NCBI GenBank assembly: GCA_024626585.2 | Contig: JANKJI020000002.1 | Span: 240,191,110-240,213,191 of the forward strand | Direction: 5' to 3' | Origin: Ginkgo biloba | Taxonomy: Eukaryota; Plantae; Ginkgophyta | DNA length: 22,082 nt | In this document: in pieces, positions 1 to 12,439 of the stretch | How positions within the stretch are numbered: the stretch's first letter is position 1 | Layout of the letters: each line of letters opens with the position of its first letter | Program-made: the position numbers and the translations under genes | The notes under the pieces: model-generated | Database searches by the model: none | What the model saw: the letters and a program-made list of their open reading frames with translations, nothing else | Told to the model about the DNA's origin: nothing

Positions 1-420
1 TATAAACATTCTCATGAAGGAGAAAGTAGAAATAATAAGTTTAGTTGATGATTAAAATGAGTATTGAGAGTGTTCTTTTATAATGATGAGGCTAATATTC
101 CTTAAACCTTAAGTTAAGGTTTTGTTGTGTACTTTTTACACAACAATTAGCAAGATCTTGTTCTATAAACCTTCATAGCTTTATGAAATTGAAGGCATTG
201 TAAATGAATGTAAATAGTTTCTTTCACTTAAGAAGCAACATCTCTCTTTCTCTCACACAATTGTGGAACAGGTCCAAAGTAGTAAAGTAAGGGGCAAAGG
301 AGGATCAACTACCTTGGACAAGGCAAGGCCAAAGTTAGTGAAGGTGTGTCTTCTATTCTCACTCAATTTTTTATTTTATATGATGAGTCTTCTTTAAAAT
401 AAGAACATGTAAACTCTACA

Positions 421-651
421 TCCAATACTTTATTTTGTTGGTTCCATAACATTTAAACCAACTACACTCGATTAGAAATATCATCAAGAAAATCTTGGGA
501 TGGGGTTTTACAAGGGAAATAGACCTTTGAGTTAATATGAAGGTGATGGTTCAATATTAGATTTGAATACCTTGAGGATAAAATTTGTATTTAAGAGAAT
601 GGTCCTTCATTTGATCAAAATGTAGGCTTCGTTGTTATGAATTAACACTTT
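421..651 (+). mobile_element. Decayed LINE (L1) ORF1 fragment, DUF4283-like
   Basis: One frame from 421 reads SNTLFCWFHNI*TNYTRLEISSRKSWDGVLQGK*TFELI*R*WFNIRFEYLEDKICI*ENGPSFDQNVGFVVMN*HF. This fits the plant L1 ORF1 pattern (W...G-W-F-x-I-x-F...ED...GP..F) with several in-frame stops. It ends where the LTR-like repeat begins at 652. Confidence 0.7.
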
Positions 652-2110
652 TCTTGACAAGGCATTTCGCACAAGCATGCAGAAGTGTTGACGCAGGGGG
701 TATCTAAGAAGCTCACCATCGATCGTGCCTAGTTTTGGCTTTCAGGAACAGAGCAGCGTTGTCATAGGGCATTCAATGTTTTAACCTATATAAAAATATG
801 CCTGCATATGAGCATCTTGTATCACTACTTCAGATTCTTTCACCCCTACATATTCATGCATTCCCCCCAAAGAGCAAATCTCTCAAGGCAATCTTGGTGA
901 ATATACTCGAAAGTGCCTAAGTATAAAAATTACAGTGGTAAAAGTTGAGGTTCATGAGATCCAGCCACGCAACACACTATTATCTTCTCTTAAGTAATGT
1001 ATAAATGAATAAGTGAAAAAATCTGCCCCCCCCCCCAATTTTGATGAAATATTGCTCCAAGTTTGCATCATGACACTACATGGTGGTGTCTTGCGGTGCC
1101 TCTCATCATAGTAGTTTAAAAAAAGAGGGTCTTGGAAAAAGTATGTGAAGTATAGTGTGTCACTCATAATGATCATGATTGCACCACATGGCGAGATCCC
1201 ATAGGCCCTCACTTCGCAGTGGCTCCCAACACTTAGAACATTTTTATAAAAGGCGTGAGTTCATGGGACCTCGAGATGGTGCCATGTGTCTGTATCCTGA
1301 GGAATTCACAAGTTTAAGGGGAGTGAGAAAGGATAAAGGAGCCCCAAATAAATATGAGCTCCTAGTTCATGAGGGGGTGACATGTGTCAGGTGATTATAG
1401 TCTTGTCCCCTTACGACAGATAAAATAAATTCAAAGAAACTTTCTAAGTGTTACAAAGTTCGCAGAGCCCCAAGATTACACCACGTGTCACTCAAAGTGC
1501 TTGAGATCATGACATGTGGCGTGAATTCATGCCATCTCCCTCGTGGATGCCAAGCACTCTAAAGAAAACTCAAAGGGATGCAAGATCTAGATTCTGTGAG
1601 ATCATGCCACATGTCAATAGTTCATGCTCTCTTTCTCCCATAGGGTTTAGAAATCTCAAAGAAAATTCAAAAGGGGATCGAGCCCAGACTGTATGAGATG
1701 TGCCCACGTGTCAAGATATCTCACACAACACAATGAAGAAAAAAAAGGAAAAAGACTCTAAAACATGGAAAAATTAGATGCGCTAACATCATGCCATGTG
1801 GCATGACCTTAGGCGATCGAGGGAACCATAATTTCACAAGAAGAAAGCAGAAAGGGGCATGGGGCCTCACCGCACAAGATGATGCCACGCATTATTGTCG
1901 CAGTCCCCGACCCCTCACGACTCCAAAGAAGTCAAAGTGAAGGAAGGGCCCACAGGGTCTCATCCCCCACAATGGTACCAAGCGACATCATCACGAGCCC
2001 CCTGTAGCCTGTAGTGCAGTTCCAAATAGTAGAAGGGGCCCCACATCCCTCCATAATGAAAAGATCCAAAGGGGGTCACGATGGCGCCATGCGACACCAT
2101 CTCAGGGGGT
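652..2110 (+). mobile_element. LTR-like long direct repeat, copy A
   Basis: Colinear with 2571-4254 from tcttgacaaggcatttc (vs tgttgatgaggcatttc) to gatccaaagggggtcacgatggcgccat (vs gatccaagggggtctacaatggcaccat). No credible ORF. The 3' end is uncertain. Confidence 0.65.
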
Positions 2111-2554
2111 GCTCTCCTCACACCTTCTCCAAATAATGTAAACAAAGTAGAAAGGGTCCCTTAAGCCTAGGCTCACTGAATAGTGGTATAATGGATAATG
2201 CACAGTGGAGAAGGATCTGACTTTGCCTGCAAAAATGATTATTGTACGCAGAGAGTAGCAAGTGATAGTGGTCAATTTTAATCATGTAGTTAATGTCGGT
2301 GACCTCAAATAATAGAGANNNNNNNNNNNNNNNNNNNNNNNNNNNNNNNNNNNNNNNNNNNNNNNNNNNNNNNNNNNNNNNNNNNNNNNNNNNNNNNNNN
2401 NNNNNNNNNNNNNNNNNNCTTGTAAATAATGTAAACAATTTGCTTTTTGTGACAATGTTTAGAAGTATCTCCAAGCCATAAGAGGCCTTAAAACTATAAT
2501 AGTTTTCTCCCCTAGAATTATAGATGTTTTTCATAGCCCATTGGGGGACACTGT

Positions 2555-2566
2555 AAAACAAGGAGG
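2555..2566 (+). other. Putative polypurine tract before LTR-like copy B
   Basis: aaaacaaggagg lies 4 nt upstream of a TGTTGA start at 2571, the expected PPT/3' LTR geometry. Confidence 0.45.
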
Positions 2567-2570
2567 CCTA

Positions 2571-4254
2571 TGTTGATGAGGCATTTCACATAGGCATGCA
2601 AAAGTAATGACGCAAGGGGATATATTCAAAAGCTCCCAGTCGATCATGCATAGTTTTGGCTTTTAAGAATAGAGCAATGCTATTATAGGGCATTCAATAT
2701 TTTAATATGTATAAAAATATGCCTGTGTATGAGCATCTTATATCGCTACTTTAGATTCTTGCACCCATGCATATTCATGCATTCTCCTAAAGAGAAGAGA
2801 TCTTGGGACAATCATAATGAATATACTCAAAAGTGGCTAAGTGTAAAAATTACAGTGGTAAACGTTGAGGTTCATGGGATCCATCCATGCGGTACACTAT
2901 TGTCTTATCTGAAGTAATGAATGAATGAATAAGTAAAAAAATTCCCCCCTAGTTTTTATGAAATGTTGCTCCAAGTTAGCATCATGATGTCACATGGTAG
3001 TGTCTCATGATGCCTCTTATTGTAGTAATTTAAAAGNNNNNNNNNNNNNNNNNNNNNAAAAGTATGTGAAGTATCACAGGCCTCAGGGAGTTTGAGATTA
3101 TGCCATGTGTCATTGATCTGGGGACTCATAGATTCACATATAATTGAGGGAAAAGGGAAAGTGTTAAAAAGGTATTGTGCGTTAGGGGCTCAAGAGATGA
3201 CATCACATGGTAGGATATCGTCACCTACCTCCTCATGATAGATGAAAAAGACTTAAGAAATTCTATAAAAAAAAAATCTATTGGCCCTTCCCCTCATGAG
3301 ATTATGCCATGTGACACTCATAATGACCAAGATTATGCCATGGGGTGAGATCCTATAGGACCTCACTTCATAGTGACTCCCAACACTTAAAACTTTTTTA
3401 TGAAATGCGTGAGCTCACGTGACCCCAAGATGGTGCCATTTGTCTATATCCTGAGGAATTCATAGGTTTAAGTGGAGTGAGAAAGGAGAAAGGAGCCCTA
3501 AAGAAATGTGAGCTCCCAGGTCATGAGGGGGTGACACATGTTAGGCGATAGTAGTCTCATCCCCCACGATAGCTAAAACAAATTCAAAGAAACTTTCTAA
3601 GTGTTGTGAAGTTCGTAGAGCCCCGAGATTGCACCATGCATCACTCAGAGTGCCTGAGATCATGACATGTGGTATGAATTCTTTCCATCTCGTTCATGGC
3701 CGCCAAGCACTCCAAAGAAAACTCAAAGGGGTGTGAGATCTAAAGTCTACAAGATTGTGCCATATGTCAATAGTTTGTGCTCTCTTTCCCCCACAGGATT
3801 TGGAAATATCAAAGCAAATTTAAAAGGGGATCGAGCCCAAACTACACAAAATGTGCCCATGTGTCAAGATCTAGCACACAACATAATGAAGCAAAAAAAG
3901 GGGGGAAGACTCTAGAACATAACAAACTCAGATGCCCTGAGATAACGCCATATGGTATGCCCTTGAGAGACCGAGGGCANNNNNNNNNNNNNNNNNNNNN
4001 NNNNNNNNNNNNNNNNNNNNNNNNNNNNNNNACCCCGTGAGATGACACCACGCATCATCATCGTAGACCCTCCACCCCTCATGACTAAAAAGAAGTCAAT
4101 GTAAAGGAGGGGCTTGTGGGGTCTCATCCCCCATAATGGTGCCAAGTGGCACCATCACGAGGACCCCACTGCCCATAGTACAATTCCAAAGAGTAGAAGG
4201 GACCCTATGCCCCTCAACAATGAAAAGATCCAAGGGGGTCTACAATGGCACCAT
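2571..4254 (+). mobile_element. LTR-like long direct repeat, copy B
   Basis: Starts TGTTGA, is preceded by a purine tract, aligns to 652-2110, carries about 230 extra bp (about 3075-3308) and runs into an N gap at 4255. Confidence 0.65.
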
Positions 4255-4697
4255 NNNNNNNNNNNNNNNNNNNNNNNNNNNNNNNNNNNNNNNNNNNNNN
4301 NNNNNNNNNNNNNNNNNNNNNNNNNNNNNNNNNNNNNNNNNNNNNNNNNNNNNNCAGTTTAAATCCATATAAATATATCATATAGCATTATAAAATTTTC
4401 AATAGTGGTCATTCATTTTTTATTTATTCTTAGCTTCAATTTTCTCATTCACATTGTAACTTAACTTACCTTCATTTTAGATGTTATATCATGTTATTAA
4501 GTTAACTCATGCATGCATTTATGTATAATATTATTCGTGTATGTTTATAAAATAGTCTTAAAATAATTGTAAGCTGGATAATAATCACTTCAGGAACTCA
4601 TAANNNNNNNNNNNNNNNAACTCATAATGGGATTAGTATGGGAAAATTTGTTATATCTATTTTATTATGGTAATTATTTTCCACAACTTTATACTTA

Positions 4698-4726
4698 TGT
4701 GTGTGTGTGAATGTGTGTGTGTGTGT
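4698..4726. repeat. Interrupted (TG)n microsatellite
   Basis: tgtgtgtgtgtgaatgtgtgtgtgtgtgt. Confidence 0.9.
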
Positions 4727-5260
4727 ACTACTACATGCCCCTAGCAAATAATAACCATAAAATATCATTTGGTTAATATTTAATTAGTATTTTAATAGTA
4801 ATTTTATGTAAAAATACTTATAATTAAGTGTTGACCTAACCATAGTTAAGTGTAAAACTAACCATCGTTAAGTGTGTGTATAGATTGTAGACATATATGT
4901 ATATTTTAAATATATATTATACATATGTTATTGAGTCAACCATAGTGGAGTACTAAATTGATGATAGTTAAGCATTTAACTAAAATAACTATGTAAGGGT
5001 ATGATCAATTGGATTTTTTTCTATTCTTATAGATGGTTTATATATATATAGTCAAATAACTACCANNNNNNNNNNNNNNNNNNNNNNNNNNNNNCCTAAC
5101 CATGGTTAAGTACTAAGTGAACCATATTTACCTATAGGTTTAGTTAAATGGATACTTATTTTTTAAGTATCTAGAGTATATATATTCTCATATTACTTTA
5201 TTAGAATTTTATTTTTTTTAGTTTAATCCTAGTTCATGATTGAGATATCCATGGTTAATT
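4726..5260 (+). mobile_element. Possible degenerate CACTA transposon end with subterminal repeats
   Basis: tACTACTACA at 4726 is one mismatch from CACTACTACA. It is followed by recurring AACCATRGTTAAG-like motifs near 4838, 4860, 4938, 5098 and 5249 in AT-rich DNA. Confidence 0.35.
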
Positions 5261-5518
5261 ATAAATCCAATAAGAGTTAATGATATATTTTAAATTGTTT
5301 CAAAATGATTATGTATATGGATGAGTGGATAGATTGTTGAACACTTTGGATTCTTATTAGCCCCTTTTATTTTTAGTAATGAATATTCTTTACTAATTCA
5401 TTAACCAATAATATTTATNNNNNNNNNNNNNNNNNNNNNNNNNNNNNNNNNNNNNNNNNNNNNNNNNNNNNNNNNNNNNNNNNNNNNNNNNNNNNNNNNN
5501 NNNNNNNNNNNNNNNNNN

Positions 5519-7018
5519 AGAGAATATTTCCCCCTTGGAGTTGATCATAATGCTTTCATAATACTTTGATAAATCCTCAAACACCAAGTAGGTATATCCA
5601 TAATCAATGTTCTTATGATGTTCTTTCTTCTCCTCTTCCATTAATTTTAAAATGTCCTCTCTTATTTTTCTTGAGTCACCAACATATGATCCTCTTTATT
5701 TTCTCTATATTTATCAAAATTTGAATTCCTTCTCTACTAAGACCACTACACCCAAGCAATTCTAAATTTTATTGGTCTTCACATCTAACTGCATGTTCTT
5801 ATCTCCTATATCACCTAGTTGTTTGATGATAATTTCTTATTCTACGTCCATATCTTATGTAATATGTTGGTACCTCACCCTATCTAGCTTCTCCCAAGTT
5901 AGATCTCTTTTCACATTATAACTTCACCCTTCTTTTAAAAAAAATCTTGAGATAATTTGTTAAATTCCTTAAAATTTATCTCAGTCTATATCTGAGCTCC
6001 TCAGTAATTTTCATTAGTATTCATAATTTTTTTATGAATACCTTCCATCTTACCTTTTCCTTTCATGCTGCTTATTCTTCTTTCATTTGTAGGTAATTTT
6101 GTCTATATATCAATTTCTCTAATCTCCTCTTTTTCTACAGAATATTGGAGAATCATTTTATGGTATTTGATTAGAGTAGTATTAAGATCTCTAACCTTTA
6201 TTTTACAATCATCTTATTTTTTATTGATGACTTTGAAGACTCCCTAATTTAGATTCTTGACACATTATAGTGCCAAATTCTCTCTATATAATTATAGCTC
6301 CTGGAGCTTTGTATCCTCCTATAATAAATATTTTTTGTTCTTCTATATCCCCACCTTTTGTTTGGTTATAGTTATTTTTAAGTTTTTATTTTCTTACACA
6401 ACAAATTGGACATGCATCTTTCTTTTTAGTAGTTTGAAATCAACCAATTTATTAATTTATTCTTTAGTCATCTTTGTAATAGGGGGAATTGACTTAAGAG
6501 GTTTTATAATTAGAAAATGGGATTGTTTTATCACCTTATTGCATATCATGGTTATGTCACCATGTACTTCAACATGTTTTTATTCTTGAGATGTCTGCAT
6601 AGTTGTCGCCATAATTTTTCTAATCATAATATTTTGTTGGGATTTTTGTATCTTTGTACTTTACTATGACTGTACATTTTCCTGCACCTATATAATTTGT
6701 TTCATATTCTTCCTAGCATTGATTTCTTCCCTATTTTTAAGACAAATTGATTTGCCTTCGTCTATGCGTATTTATCTAACTCATTGTCTTTTTCCTATTC
6801 CTCATTATCTTTTATTTGCATTATTTCAACTTCATTTGGATTTAGATGTTTTTTCTACAACTCTGGAGGATATTTACCTCCATATCCTCCATTTGTATTA
6901 TGGAGAATACTTCCCCACATTCCTTTTGTATTTTCCTTGGAATTATTCTTTATTGTTTCTTCTAGTTGAGCTTCCTCTTTTCAGATGTTGAAGAACCTCC
7001 TTTTGTTTGTGTATTATA
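5519..7018 (-). pseudogene. Long decayed K/E-rich ORF, probably a retrotransposon accessory (env-like/extra) ORF
   Basis: The minus strand is strongly purine-rich. One frame from about 6600 to 6000 reads as a charged, coiled-coil-like peptide broken by isolated TAA/TAG codons. The motif ATCAACTCCAAGGGGGAA near 5528-5545 resembles Copia PPT-region motifs. No catalytic domain recognised. Confidence 0.4.
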
Positions 7019-7118
7019 NNNNNNNNNNNNNNNNNNNNNNNNNNNNNNNNNNNNNNNNNNNNNNNNNNNNNNNNNNNNNNNNNNNNNNNNNNNNNNNNNN
7101 NNNNNNNNNNNNNNNNNN

Positions 7119-8157
7119 CTTAGCTCCTTCTCGTTTCATAATGACAATGGAAGGATTGTGTAACATCCTTTCAATGCACTTATCACTTAATAGATTAAGC
7201 GCCATTCATATTATGAAGAATATCCCTCCAATAACTTATAAATTGTTTATTGATGATACCGTGGTTCTTAACAAGCCTTGTCTAGAGGAACATAAGATCA
7301 TAAAAGATAGTTTAACAACCTTTTGTAGTGCTTTAGGTCTTTTAATGAGTCAATTAAAATAAAAAACCTATTTCTTTAGAGAAAATCTAGGACAAGGAAA
7401 ATATTTGGGCACTACTTCCATGGCAAGAAGGGGACTCACATTGGTTGCAATACTTGGGCCTTCCAATAAGTGCCAAGAAACTTATATCGAATCATTAGAT
7501 GCAACTTTTGGAAAATTTCTAAAAAAGTTGGATTCATGGACTAACGAATGGCTTTCTACTATGGGTAGAGTAACTCTCATCAACATGGCCCTTTAGGCTC
7601 TTCCCATAAATAAATGTTCAATATTTGTGGCCCCCATACTAATCCTTAATAAAATGGAGAGTATAATACAAAGTTTTATTTGGCAAGGTTGTCAAACTAC
7701 TACTAGGAAATTTCATTTGGTAAGATGGCCTATAGTTTCTACTCCTTTGCAAATAGTTGGTCTTGGGTTGAGAAGCTTATCAATTCAAAACAAAATTATG
7801 GGCATCAAAAGGGCTTGGACCCTGGTCGTTGAATCAGACCTTTAATGGAAAAGGATAATTTGAAGCAAATATTGCAACAGCGTAATTCAGAAGAAACTAA
7901 TTGCCATTGGAGAAATCCCAAAAGTCCAAGGGTCAGACATTTGGAAGCTATTAAGGTAAAATGGGGACTATTCACTTTCAACAACTATGTGGAGCCCTAG
8001 TTATAAAGGTTCAAATACTAATCTGCAAGAGGACAAATGGATATCTCCAAAAGTTCTTCCTCGTTACATGCTCACTCCTCTGCATGATTTAATAGATGGT
8101 TAACCGCAAATGAGATAGGCCAACTTCATTAGCTGAGAAAGCATTTTTGGACCCATT
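7119..8157 (+). mobile_element. Decayed LINE (L1) ORF2, reverse transcriptase C-terminal part and downstream region
   Basis: LAPSRFIMTMEGL (cf. LSPYLFxxxMEGL), ITYKLFIDDT (cf. HLLFxDD), LQYLGLP, LDSW...LSTMGRVTLINMAL, FIWQG...HLVRWPIVSTP...GLGLRSL. Stops and frameshifts are present. Confidence 0.92.
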
Positions 8158-8704
8158 ANNNNNNNNNNNNNNNNNNNNNNNNNNNNNNNNNNNNNNNNNN
8201 NNNNNNNNNNNNNNNNNNNNNNNNNNNNNNNNNNNNNNNNNNNNNNNNNNNNNNNNNNAAAATAGACTGCAACTAGAAGCAACCTATCAAACTATCTTCC
8301 AATAATATGCAAGGATCCTAAAATATATAGGATATTATCAACCAAAATAAAATATAATAGAATAACAATACTCTCAATCTTATAAAATCTTCACTAGAAA
8401 ATTAGATAGCATAATAATGCAATTCTTCTCTCTCAAATACCTCTAAACTCCCTAAATTTATAGGAAAAATTAGAGAACTAGAANNNNNNNNNNNNNNNNN
8501 NNNNNNNNNNNNNNNNNNNNAATTTACCAATGAATTCTAGGTAGTTACATGCTTAGGCAGTTCAAAATTTGTCAGGATAAGGGTTTACCATGAAGAAATG
8601 GTACTTTTTTCTTAAAAAAAATTATCATCTGGCAACGAATACCATATCATTAAAATGTGCATATATCAATAAATTACCATGGTAGTGTGTTAATTTAAAT
8701 GATA

Positions 8705-9800
8705 CTATACAAATGTTCAATATTTATGACCCCTAAGCTAATTCTCAATAAAATGGTAGGCATAATCAAAAGACTTCTTTGGTAGGGCTCTCAAAACTAT
8801 TACTACAAAGTTTCACTTAATAAGATGGTCTATAGTCACCACTACATTAGAAGTGAGTAGTCTCAGGTTGAGAAGCTCATCGATCCAAAATGAAATTATG
8901 GGCACCAAAAGGGCTTGGAACCTAGCTGCTAAACCTAACCTTTTAGGGAAAAGGATAATTTGAAGCATTTATTGTGACAATCTAAGCCAGAAGGAACTAG
9001 TTGCTATAGGAGAAATTACAAATGTTCCAAGGGCAGACATTTGGAAGCTATTAAGGCAAAACGGGGATTATATGCTCTCATGAACCATGTAAGCCTTCAA
9101 CATAAGGGTTTCAACACTAATCACTAGGAGGACAAACAGATATCCCCAAAAGTTCCTCCACTCTGCAAACTCACAACTTTGTATGACCTTATATTGTTCC
9201 TAAAAGGCAAAGGCTACACAAAGGTGGAATCAAGGAAAAGAGTCCATGTGGTTAACTATAGAAGGGATAGGCCAACTTCACCAATTGAGAGAGTGCTCTT
9301 AGACTTATTATACTAAAGAACAAATATAGGATGGCATTGAAGCAATCCATGTCGAAAGTCCTTAGGGTGTGGTAGCCTACAAGTTAATGTGGAAACATGT
9401 GGATCAAAGTAAGGTTCCACAATGAATCCTCAATGATCTAGAAAACCAGGAAGGTATCGAGTGGAATAGCAGGGATAGTTTACTCTCCTCAAAACCATAC
9501 TACACTAGCATATTTGATCCTAGGAAGCATCCTAGTGTTTTGGTAGATCTTCCTTGGAATAATCTTTAGCCTATGAAAGGTAATGGAAGAAGAAATTTCT
9601 TCTCTAGTTAACTATATATGGTTATATTTAATAGGGAACAAATNNNNNNNNNNNNNNNNNTCCTTATGTCCAATTTATAGTGTTGAAGAAATAGGTAACC
9701 ATCTCTTTTGGAACTAATCCTTAGATAACTTATTCTATAATTGAATGTTCTTATTATTCAATACTTCTCCAATCTCCATAAGAGATTCCTTTCAAGGCTC
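8705..9800 (+). mobile_element. Second decayed L1 ORF2 fragment, extending to a zf-RVT-like end
   Basis: 8705-9310 aligns to about 7605-8157 (aaatgttcaatattt, ggttgagaagct, aaaggataatttgaagca, cagacatttggaagctattaagg). From 9661 it reads SLCPIYSVEEIGNHLFWN*, resembling the CxxC...E...HLF..C knuckle. Confidence 0.85.
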
Positions 9801-12439
9801 TTCTTGATTGTGCATCCAACAATTGGCTCACTAAAGCATATGGGAAAAAGATAACATAGTCAGAGCTCCAATCACGCATTAAATTTAGAATTTAGTATGG
9901 TNNNNNNNNNNNNNNNNNNNNNNNNNNNNNNNNNNNNNNNNNNNNNNNNNNNNNNNNNNNNNNNACCAAACATAGTTATATGTGTGGGATCAATTACGAA
10001 AAATATTTGGCCAACAAACCAAAAATATTGAGGAATGCAAGCATGCATATCGTCAAAATAAGTTTTCTAATGCCATTTATGAATTCTAAATATCAACTTA
10101 CTTTTAAGTAAATTTATTTGTGCTACTTCAAATAATCAACAAGATGGATGGAGATCGAATTTCTAGGAATTACCTAAAGAACAAGCCCTAAAATATATCC
10201 AGGAAGACGCGTTGTATGCGATATAGGTCATCTATGAAGAAGATACAAGGAATAATATCCTCTAGTGAAGTTTATCAAACCCATTCGTAGCAATAATTGA
10301 GAAAAATATAGTAACTCTAATCGACGAAGGCTAGGAGGAGCAATAATAGAAATTAGATACTAAGTGTGACTTGAGGCGAAGTGCCAACTATGGCAAAGCA
10401 TCTAGGACCAACAACCGATAGTGTTTACACTCTTTGTCACTACATCCTTTTGTAAATCCGGCGCATATAGTAATGTTTTGATTAAGCACAGAGGGTGCAT
10501 TTTGTAAAATCAAAAAAGGTCAACATCCTTGGCTCAAATATGGTAAACACAGGGTATTGTCCCTATTATGGCAGACAGACAAGGACCCGCAAGTCATTAG
10601 CTTCATGTAGTGACCCAAAATGGGAAACTACTAAATAATATAGAGAAAATAACAATTCATAGATAAAAAATGTATATATGCTTTAATAGAAAATAATATC
10701 CAATCAAGATGCACTTGGAAAGAATCAGATAACTACGATAATTCAGTTGCACGAAGATAACAAGTTGTCAAAAATTGTAGAATACTTGAGAATCAAANNN
10801 NNNNNNNNNNNNNNNNNNNNNNNNNNNNGGTGTAGGGCACCTACCACCATGAATAATCATAGATTTGGGGGCACCTACTACCGAGAAGTAGTGAAGTCTT
10901 CTAAAAGAAAAAGAAAAGATAAAATGTGATGAATCAGTAATGAAAATGAGGTGAAATAAGGCACTTTTATGTACTTAAAACTAATGCAATTTAGTTCAAG
11001 AGTCATAACACTTGGTTAAGAGGTCTATTTTTGGTNNNNNNNNNNNNNNNNNNNNNNNNNNNNNNNNNNNNNNNNNNNNNNNNNNNNNNNNNNNNNNNNN
11101 NNNNNNNNNNNNNNNNNNNNNNNNNNNNNNNNNNNNNNNNNNNNNNNNNNNNNNNNNNNNNNNNNNNNNNNNNNNNNNNNNNNNNNNNNNNNNNNNNNNN
11201 NNNNNNNNNNNNNNNNNNNNNNNNNNNNNNNNNNNNNNNNNNNNNNNNNNNNNNNNNNNNNNNNNNNNNNNNNNNNNNNNNNNNNNNNNNNNNNNNNNNN
11301 NNNNNNNNNNNNNNNNNNNNNNNNNNNNNNNNNNNNNNNNNNNNNNNNNNNNNNNNNNNNNNNNNNNNNNNNNNNNNNNNNNNNNNNNNNNNNNNNNNNN
11401 NNNNNNNNNNNNNNNNNNNNNNNNNNNNNNNNNNNNNNNNNNNNNNNNNNNNNNNNNNNNNNNNNNNNNNNNNNNNNNNNNNNNNNNNNNNNNNNNNNNN
11501 NNNNNNNNNNNNNNNNNNNNNNNNNNNNNNNNNNNNNNNNNNNNNNNNNNNNNNNNNNNNNNNNNNNNNNNNNNNNNNNNNNNNNNNNNNNNNNNNNNNN
11601 NNNNNNNNNNNNNNNNNNNNNNNNNNNNNNNNNNNNNNNNNNNNNNNNNNNNNNNNNNNNNNNNNNNNNNNNNNNNNACAAACATGATGGTTTTCATTAT
11701 TGTTTATTCATGGGAAACCGTCTACAAACTATACAATAATCCAAATAAAATACACATTTGACTATTTAGTCCCATACTTAATTGTTGTTAGCTTAATACT
11801 TAATTGTGTGTGCGCATGCGCGTGTGTTTTAAAGTATATTTATTGTGTTGTGTTAAAACATGTGTATCTACATTTGATTTTGATTTACATTTCCTTGAGA
11901 AATAAAAATATAAATATGGTTTTCTATTATTTTTTATGGATGATGGTTGGATTGTTGTATGGGCATATAAATTATTTAGATAGATACCATGAGCGTGCTC
12001 AATGTAAGGGAGACCATCATTGTAATTTAGGTTAGACATATTTCTCATATAGACATACTTTTAAGAGTTTAAAACTAAGTGATCCCCTTAGGTAGCAAGT
12101 CCTTAAAATATTAGGAGCCTATAGCAATGAAGTAATTGCCATCTAAAGCTTAGAAATATCTACATGCACCTAGTAAAGTATCGTTCCATACATCCCATGC
12201 ATAATACGAGGAACATACTAAATAGGTTGTTCACAGTTTGTAGACAACTACTGTAAGCACTTGAAAATGGGTTTCAAAGGTTTGGACCCTAGCAGTCACA
12301 TGGAACTTCAGATGCCAACAAATAGATCTCATCATATCAATTTGTTTTGTGTACTTTTGGTTTGAGAACTCACACTTACTTATACTCCAAAAAAGAACCT
12401 TATATGCACTTAAGGAGCTTTATTGGCTATCATTATCAT

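Noticed and set aside
1060-2100. CRISPR-like repeat-spacer array
   Set aside because: The motifs are short, degenerate and irregularly spaced, the context is eukaryotic, and there are no cas genes.
1514-3915. Similar small ORFs at 1514-1696 and 3667-3915 as a peptide family
   Set aside because: The similarity follows from the DNA repeat, the stops differ, and no domain is recognisable.
6065-6991. Hydrophobic F/L/S-rich plus-strand ORFs
   Set aside because: A compositional by-product of the T-rich strand opposite a decayed purine-rich ORF.
10996-11761. Long ORFs of 218-249 aa
   Set aside because: Artefacts of translating through an N gap.
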